Of a DNA stretch of 64,000 bases, positions 58,821 to 64,000 are shown piece after piece. Both the position numbers and the translations under genes were made by a program. The stretch lies in the NCBI GenBank assembly GCA_902526825.1, contig CABZMN010000002.1, forward strand, positions 90,265 to 154,264. The letters are read 5' to 3'. Every line of letters begins with the position of its first letter. Positions within the stretch are counted from its first letter, which is position 1. The DNA comes from an uncultured Candidatus Actinomarina sp. (lineage in GTDB: Bacteria; Actinomycetota; Acidimicrobiia; Actinomarinales; Actinomarinaceae). The notes under the pieces were generated by a model that did not search any database, was not told where the DNA came from, and was given only the letters and a program-made list of their open reading frames with translations.

Positions 58821-59755
58821 ATATTGTGATTACTGGCGGATCTGGATTTGTTGGATCTTATTTAAGTGAAAGGCTTATTAATGATGGACACAATCTTATA
58901 GTCGTAGACAATCTTTTAACAGGTTCTACAGAAAATATAAGAGATTTAATGGACGATAAAAATTTTTCATTCATCGAACATGATGTTCAGAATCATATTG
59001 AAATTGAAAACAAAGTTGACTACGTTTTACATTTTGCAAGCGCAGCATCACCAAAAGCATACACTGAGCATCCCGTTAATACACTTAAAGCAGGAAGCAT
59101 TGGAACACTCAATACATTAGGTTTAGCAAAAAAACATAATTCCCAATATTTATTAGCTTCAACTTCAGAAGTATATGGAGATCCTTTAATTAGTCCTCAA
59201 AATGAAGAGTACTGGGGTAATGTCAATCCTAATGGTGAAAGAAGTATGTATGATGAAGCAAAAAGGTTTGCAGAAGCTGCAGTTGCTACTTACTCAAGGT
59301 CATATGATATAAAAGCAAAAATTGTAAGAATCTTCAATACTTATGGACCGAGAATGCAATTAAATGACGGTAGGGTAGTTACCAATTTTATTTTTCAGGC
59401 TCTTCAAGATAATAATATTACAATTTACGGAGATGGGTCACAAACAAGAAGCTTTTCATATGTTGAAGATACTGTAGATGGAATAATTTCACTTATGCAA
59501 TCAAATGAATATGATGTTTTTAACATCGGCAATCCTAATGAAATTACAGTTTTAGAATTAGCTCAAAAGATAATTGAATTAACAAATTCAAAATCAGAAA
59601 TTGTATTTAAATCTTTACCAAGCGATGATCCAAAACAAAGAAAACCCGACATATCTAAAGCAAAATCTAAACTTGGTTGGGAACCTAAAGTTAATCTAGA
59701 AGATGGCTTAATAAAAACTATTGATTGGGTTGAATATAAACTAACTACAGAATAG
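58817..59755 (+). CDS. uxs: UDP-glucuronate decarboxylase (UDP-xylose synthase)
   Basis: TGGSGFVGS, STSEVYGDPL, YDEAKR, RIFNTYGPRM, DGRVVTNF, YGDGSQTRSF. ATGA overlap with the ugd stop. Confidence 0.85.
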   Translation: MNIVITGGSGFVGSYLSERLINDGHNLIVVDNLLTGSTENIRDLMDDKNFSFIEHDVQNHIEIENKVDYVLHFASAASPKAYTEHPVNTLKAGSIGTLNTLGLAKKHNSQYLLASTSEVYGDPLISPQNEEYWGNVNPNGERSMYDEAKRFAEAAVATYSRSYDIKAKIVRIFNTYGPRMQLNDGRVVTNFIFQALQDNNITIYGDGSQTRSFSYVEDTVDGIISLMQSNEYDVFNIGNPNEITVLELAQKIIELTNSKSEIVFKSLPSDDPKQRKPDISKAKSKLGWEPKVNLEDGLIKTIDWVEYKLTTE

Positions 59756-60788
59756 ATTTTATTCTTTCATCAAGAGTTTCGAGTGATTCTATTTTGATTT
59801 CATCTTGACTATATTTTATTATTTTAGAAAAATCTTTTTCATTTAATTTTTCAATTGAAGATATAACCTCAGCAAGACCTACTGGGCCATTATTAAATTT
59901 GAAGAAATTTACATATTCCTGAGGAAACAATTTATCATAATCGCTATTTCGGTAAAAATTTAAAATTCCACTAACTGTAGTTTCAAGTACACTTTTATCA
60001 TAATTACCTTCTGAAGTTTGATTGATATGAAAATTTACATTTTCTAAATATTCTTTTAAATTATTGTGAGGCACAACACCCTTAAAAACTACATTATTGA
60101 ATGATTTATATTTCTGCTTAAGTTGTGATAAATATTTTTTGTCATTACTTGTAGCCGGTCCTCCAATAATGTAAATTATATTTTTTGAGTAGATACTTTT
60201 AAGAAACCCATCAATTGACTCTTCGATTTTTTTTGATTTTGAAATTCTACTCAGAATCAAAAAATTAAAATTTTTGAAATCAGGTTTTTTTTCAACAAAA
60301 TAATTAAAGTTAATTGCCTGTCCTATAACATTAATTTTTTTACTCTTTATTGGAAATGAATTTTCAGTAGAGGTGATTATTTTATCGACTAAATATTTAC
60401 TTAGATAAAGGGTTATTTTCTTTGATAATTCATTTGGTCCTGGATGTGCATACCACAACACATTTGGCGTCCCTTGCTTTTTAAGCAAATAAAAGGCCAA
60501 AATACTTAATAATGGTGACATATGTGACAAACAATAATTATAAGAATTACTTTTTAATTGATCTTTTAAGATTGTAATTACTTTAAAAACTCTAAAGAGT
60601 TTGAGTCTTGTATTTTTTACCTCATATACATTTACATTCTCATTTAGTGTCGAAATATCTCCCTTATTTAGTGTAATGACATCAACGTTATCGTAATTAA
60701 TTGAAAGTGCATTTACCCAAGATATAGCAAATCCTAATGATGTATCTTTGGAATCTGTTGATATATTTAATACGAGAACTTTTTTCAT
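59745..60788 (-). CDS. glycosyltransferase (GT1/GT4-like)
   Basis: C-terminal half has a SEGNYDKSVLETTVSG (EX7E-like) motif. Located inside the glycan cluster. Confidence 0.5.
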   Translation of the reverse strand: MKKVLVLNISTDSKDTSLGFAISWVNALSINYDNVDVITLNKGDISTLNENVNVYEVKNTRLKLFRVFKVITILKDQLKSNSYNYCLSHMSPLLSILAFYLLKKQGTPNVLWYAHPGPNELSKKITLYLSKYLVDKIITSTENSFPIKSKKINVIGQAINFNYFVEKKPDFKNFNFLILSRISKSKKIEESIDGFLKSIYSKNIIYIIGGPATSNDKKYLSQLKQKYKSFNNVVFKGVVPHNNLKEYLENVNFHINQTSEGNYDKSVLETTVSGILNFYRNSDYDKLFPQEYVNFFKFNNGPVGLAEVISSIEKLNEKDFSKIIKYSQDEIKIESLETLDERIKSIL

Positions 60789-61927
60789 TTATTTTCGTCC
60801 TTAAGTAATTTTTCAAAAAGATTTTTATAAAGCTTTAATGTATTTGTAAAGTCGTATTTTTCAAAGACGAAATCTCTACCTTTTTGCCCCTTAATATTTG
60901 CTATATCTTTTTGACTAATAATTTCTACAATTTTTGATTTAATACTTTCCTTAGTTACGGGTAAATCTAATACATATCCTATATCTTCATTTTTTAAAAT
61001 CTCTTTACATTCTCCGACAGGAGTAGACAAAACTGGTATTGCAAAACTCATTGCCTCAAGGAAAGAATGTGGTAATCCCTCATAATTAGATGCTTGGATG
61101 TAAATATCACTATTCAAAAAAACATGATTAATATCTTCTCTTTTTAGTTTTCCATGAAAAATAATATTGTTTTTGTTTTTAGAATTCAACGAAATCCTTT
61201 TTAGTTTATCTAATTCAGGACCCTCCCCAACAATATTTAAATTAATTAATGGATTGTTCAAATCCGATACAGCTTCAATTATTTTATTTATATTTTTATG
61301 TGTGACCAGTCTTGATACAGTAGTTATATTTATTTGATCGTGTTTAAATATTTTTGCACCCTCCACTGGTATATTTACACCATTACTTATGTTCTGAATC
61401 TTATTTTTAAACCCTAGATTTAGAATAAAATTTTTTAGGTGATGAGATGGTGTAATTATGATATCAGAATTTTTAATACTGAAGTTTCGAATTTTTTTTT
61501 GAAATGCTATTGATATTCCATTATTCTCTTCTTGAAAATCATCAAAGTTTTTAGATGTCTTCAATTTGTTGTAAGCTCTTTCCCAAACAGGGTCACCAAC
61601 AATTTTTCTGACAACCTTCTTTTTTATAAAGAAATTTGCAATTGTAACCTCAGTGCCAAGTCCGTTTACAAATATTAGATCTTTATTTTTTCCTAATTTA
61701 TAAATTGTGAAGATTGTTTTTATCCAACGATAGATTATCGGTAAATTTCTATTAATTCTTGTCACAGACAATTTATCTTCTATATTTAAATTTATATGAT
61801 CAGATAAAGTCAAGATTTCTATTTCGTATTTGAGTTCATCCTGAAAATATTTTGCAATTTTTGGAACAAAAGTTGCAGGTCCGCCAATATCCGGAGGAAA
61901 TATTCCTACAGTTACTAATACCTTCAT
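60785..61927 (-). CDS. GT4-family glycosyltransferase
   Basis: N-terminal GIFPPDIGGPATF and C-terminal YEGLPHSFLEAMSFAIPV (EX7E). Confidence 0.8.
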   Translation of the reverse strand: MKVLVTVGIFPPDIGGPATFVPKIAKYFQDELKYEIEILTLSDHINLNIEDKLSVTRINRNLPIIYRWIKTIFTIYKLGKNKDLIFVNGLGTEVTIANFFIKKKVVRKIVGDPVWERAYNKLKTSKNFDDFQEENNGISIAFQKKIRNFSIKNSDIIITPSHHLKNFILNLGFKNKIQNISNGVNIPVEGAKIFKHDQINITTVSRLVTHKNINKIIEAVSDLNNPLINLNIVGEGPELDKLKRISLNSKNKNNIIFHGKLKREDINHVFLNSDIYIQASNYEGLPHSFLEAMSFAIPVLSTPVGECKEILKNEDIGYVLDLPVTKESIKSKIVEIISQKDIANIKGQKGRDFVFEKYDFTNTLKLYKNLFEKLLKDENK

Positions 61928-61934
61928 AATTTAT

Positions 61935-62897
61935 TTAATTTTGTCTTTTAAATTCGACAATTTCTTTAATCATTGTTTGGATATCGTAACTTGGTCTCAT
62001 ACCAGTCGCTTTAACAATTTTGTCAATATTTGGTGTACGTCTAGTAGGATCTTCAAACTTATCACCAAACACATCTTTATGACTTAAGAATTTGATTTCT
62101 GAATTTGAACTCGTTGTGTCAATAATTAATTGTGCCAAATCTTTTATAGATATTTCATTGGTTTGCCCAATATTATAGATTTCTCCATAACTTTCTAATT
62201 CAGAAAGTTTAATAAAATAATCAATCACATCTCCAACCCATGTAAATGATCTTGTTTGAGATCCGTCACCGTGGATAATTATATCCTTATTTTGTAATGC
62301 AGATTCTATAAATCTTGGTACAACCATTCCATAATCAGAAACCTGATTTGGACCTATTGTATTGAAAAGCCTTACTATTATTGGTTTTAGATTCCCTGCT
62401 TCGAATTCTGATAAAGCTAAGAATTCATCAATCATTTTTGAAACAGCGTAAGACCATCTTAATTTTGTAGTAGGTCCGATCAAACTTTTTGTTTCTTCAT
62501 CCCAACTTTCTTCTTTTGAAGTTCCATAAATCTCCGAAGTCGAAGTTATCAACACCGGAATATTATTTACTTTGCATGCTTCAAAGACAATATGTGTCCC
62601 TTGAATATTTGTTAACAAAGAATCACTCAAATTATCCATTATGTATTGAACACCTACTCCAGCTGCTAGATGAAAACAAAAATCATAGCCTTTAAACTTA
62701 CTATTTAGATCTTCAATATCTTCAAGTTTTGACTCAATTAAATGTACTTTAGAGGAATCATGAAGATTTTCTTTTTTGCCAGTTGAAAAATCATCAATTA
62801 CTAATATTTCTTCAGCACCATCATCTAGCAATCTTTTTACAAGGTTTGAACCTATAAAACCTGCACCTCCAGTAACGATTATTTTATTCATTGACAT
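61935..62897 (-). CDS. NAD-dependent sugar-nucleotide epimerase/dehydratase (extended SDR)
   Basis: TGGAGFIGSNL, catalytic YAVSK, GDGSQTRSF. Substrate not assignable by eye. Confidence 0.75.
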   Translation of the reverse strand: MSMNKIIVTGGAGFIGSNLVKRLLDDGAEEILVIDDFSTGKKENLHDSSKVHLIESKLEDIEDLNSKFKGYDFCFHLAAGVGVQYIMDNLSDSLLTNIQGTHIVFEACKVNNIPVLITSTSEIYGTSKEESWDEETKSLIGPTTKLRWSYAVSKMIDEFLALSEFEAGNLKPIIVRLFNTIGPNQVSDYGMVVPRFIESALQNKDIIIHGDGSQTRSFTWVGDVIDYFIKLSELESYGEIYNIGQTNEISIKDLAQLIIDTTSSNSEIKFLSHKDVFGDKFEDPTRRTPNIDKIVKATGMRPSYDIQTMIKEIVEFKRQN

Positions 62898-63867
62898 ATA
62901 CCAATTCTTTTAGATAATTCTCGTTTTCTTCGTACCATAAAACTGTTTTTTCGATACCTTCTTGTATATGAGTTGTTGGTTTCCAGCCAATAGTTTTTTT
63001 TATATTTTCTAGGTTTGGACGAACCACGTCAGGATCTTTATATGCACGTTCTAAGTTTTCAATATTTGCATTTTTTCCTGAAAATTCTTCAATTAAATTT
63101 ATAACTTCGTTGAGTGAAACTGTAATATTAGAACCAACATTAAATGTATGTGAGTTTTCTAAACCCGACATTCGTCTGAGTGCATCGACAACATCTTTAA
63201 TATATGTAAAAGATCTTTGCTGTTCTCCATTCCCAAAAACTCTTACTTTTTCTTCATTTATTATCCAATGAATAAATCTTAAAATTGACATATCTGGCCT
63301 TCCATATGGTCCATATACTGTAAAAAATCTAGAAATTATTAAGTTTGTATTTGTGTCTTCAAGAATTATTTTTGACAAAGATTCCCCAGATAATTTTGTA
63401 CTTGCATAAACAGAAGGGGGTTTTATTTTTTCATCTTTCTCTTCAACCATTAAATTTTCACCACTGTCACCATAAATTGATGATGTTGATGCAAGAATTA
63501 TTTCAGGAATATCTTTTTCTTTACAAAAATTAGCAACATTGGCAGTTGCGTATGTATTGTCCTCTATGTAACTCTGTGGATCTAAAAAACTTTGTCTTAC
63601 TCCTGCTCTTGCCGCCATATGGTAAATTGTCGATATATCATATTTCTTTATTTCGTTAAGACTATCCTTTTGACTTAAGTTGCTATTAAAAAATGTAAAA
63701 TTATTATTTTTATCTAATTTTTCAAGTCTTTTTTGCTTTAGCTTGATATCATATGCTGAATTTAAAGAGTCAATACCTATTACTTGTATATCTGTCTCTA
63801 ATAGAGAATTTGATAGATGAAAACCAATAAAGCCGGAACAGCCTGTAACTACTACTTTTTTATCCAC
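62884..63867 (-). CDS. UDP-glucuronate 4-epimerase-like SDR
   Basis: TGCSGFIGFHL, YASTK, and RFFTVYGPYGRPDMS, which is characteristic of UDP-GlcA 4-epimerases. Confidence 0.72.
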   Translation of the reverse strand: MDKKVVVTGCSGFIGFHLSNSLLETDIQVIGIDSLNSAYDIKLKQKRLEKLDKNNNFTFFNSNLSQKDSLNEIKKYDISTIYHMAARAGVRQSFLDPQSYIEDNTYATANVANFCKEKDIPEIILASTSSIYGDSGENLMVEEKDEKIKPPSVYASTKLSGESLSKIILEDTNTNLIISRFFTVYGPYGRPDMSILRFIHWIINEEKVRVFGNGEQQRSFTYIKDVVDALRRMSGLENSHTFNVGSNITVSLNEVINLIEEFSGKNANIENLERAYKDPDVVRPNLENIKKTIGWKPTTHIQEGIEKTVLWYEENENYLKELVYVNE

Positions 63868-64000
63868 TTAATACATGCTAACAAAACTAATTATTATTCT
63901 TTAAAAAGATTTAAATACTATATATAAGTATTTATTGGTTAATATCTTTATTGATGGGGGTTAAAAATAAATAGGCTTAAAAGCTTTTCGCCTTTATATG

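Noticed and set aside
63973-63992. Near-palindrome AGGCTTAAAAGCTTTTCGCCT in the last intergenic region
   Set aside because: The stem is short and AT-rich with mismatches and no clear T-run. It sits at the window edge, so its gene context is unknown. It could be a weak bidirectional terminator or an operator but cannot be supported.
1-64000. Scan for CRISPR arrays, IS or transposase genes, integrases, phage genes, rRNA, tmRNA, RNase P RNA and long tandem repeats
   Set aside because: No repeat-spacer periodicity and no transposase or integrase-like ORFs were seen. The largest non-coding gaps (about 134, 95, 72 and 133 nt) are too small for these RNAs. This was a by-eye scan only, so short dispersed repeats could have been missed.

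Overview
AT-rich, very compact bacterial chromosome segment using the standard bacterial code. I count about 61 protein genes and 9 tRNAs. I saw no rRNA, CRISPR array, IS element or prophage signal. Housekeeping genes dominate. Their order (tig-clpP-clpX-valS-folC-ndk-mreBCD-pbp2-rodA-rne-rplU-rpmA-obg-proB-proA...nadD-rsfS; leuS-holA-like-rpsT/lepA; phoH-pgpH-ybeY-uppS-glyQS-dnaG) is the arrangement known from Actinobacteria, and an LCP wall-polymer ligase is present. I therefore infer a genome-streamlined, low-GC actinobacterium, possibly a marine Actinomarinales-like lineage; this is inference only and no search was possible. Two accessory cell-envelope glycan islands each begin directly after a tRNA gene (about 32.2-37.7 kb and 51.5-63.9 kb). 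The most interesting signal is at 5642-5763. A possibly leaderless mini-ORF encoding MINFIIII is followed by two hairpins and a nine-T intrinsic terminator that ends 12 nt before the citramalate synthase start codon. This looks like an isoleucine-sensing attenuator on the first enzyme of the citramalate route to isoleucine. Other items worth a second look:
- an O-antigen-ligase-like protein with a large LamG-like insertion;
- an LCP/TagO-like/uronic-acid/xylose gene set suggesting a phosphate-free anionic wall polymer;
- a half-size DUF1015/ParB-Srx-like gene coupled to serC;
- a CoxD/CoxE-like MoxR-VWA pair wedged by start/stop overlaps between proA and nadD;
- a window-truncated nuclease with two CX2CX5C motifs;
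- five convergent gene pairs whose 3' ends overlap.
I found no clear novel multi-gene system such as a defense island. All product calls rest on motif recognition by eye and on synteny. tRNA ends are good to about 1-2 nt, and several ORF-track starts were moved to better-supported start codons.
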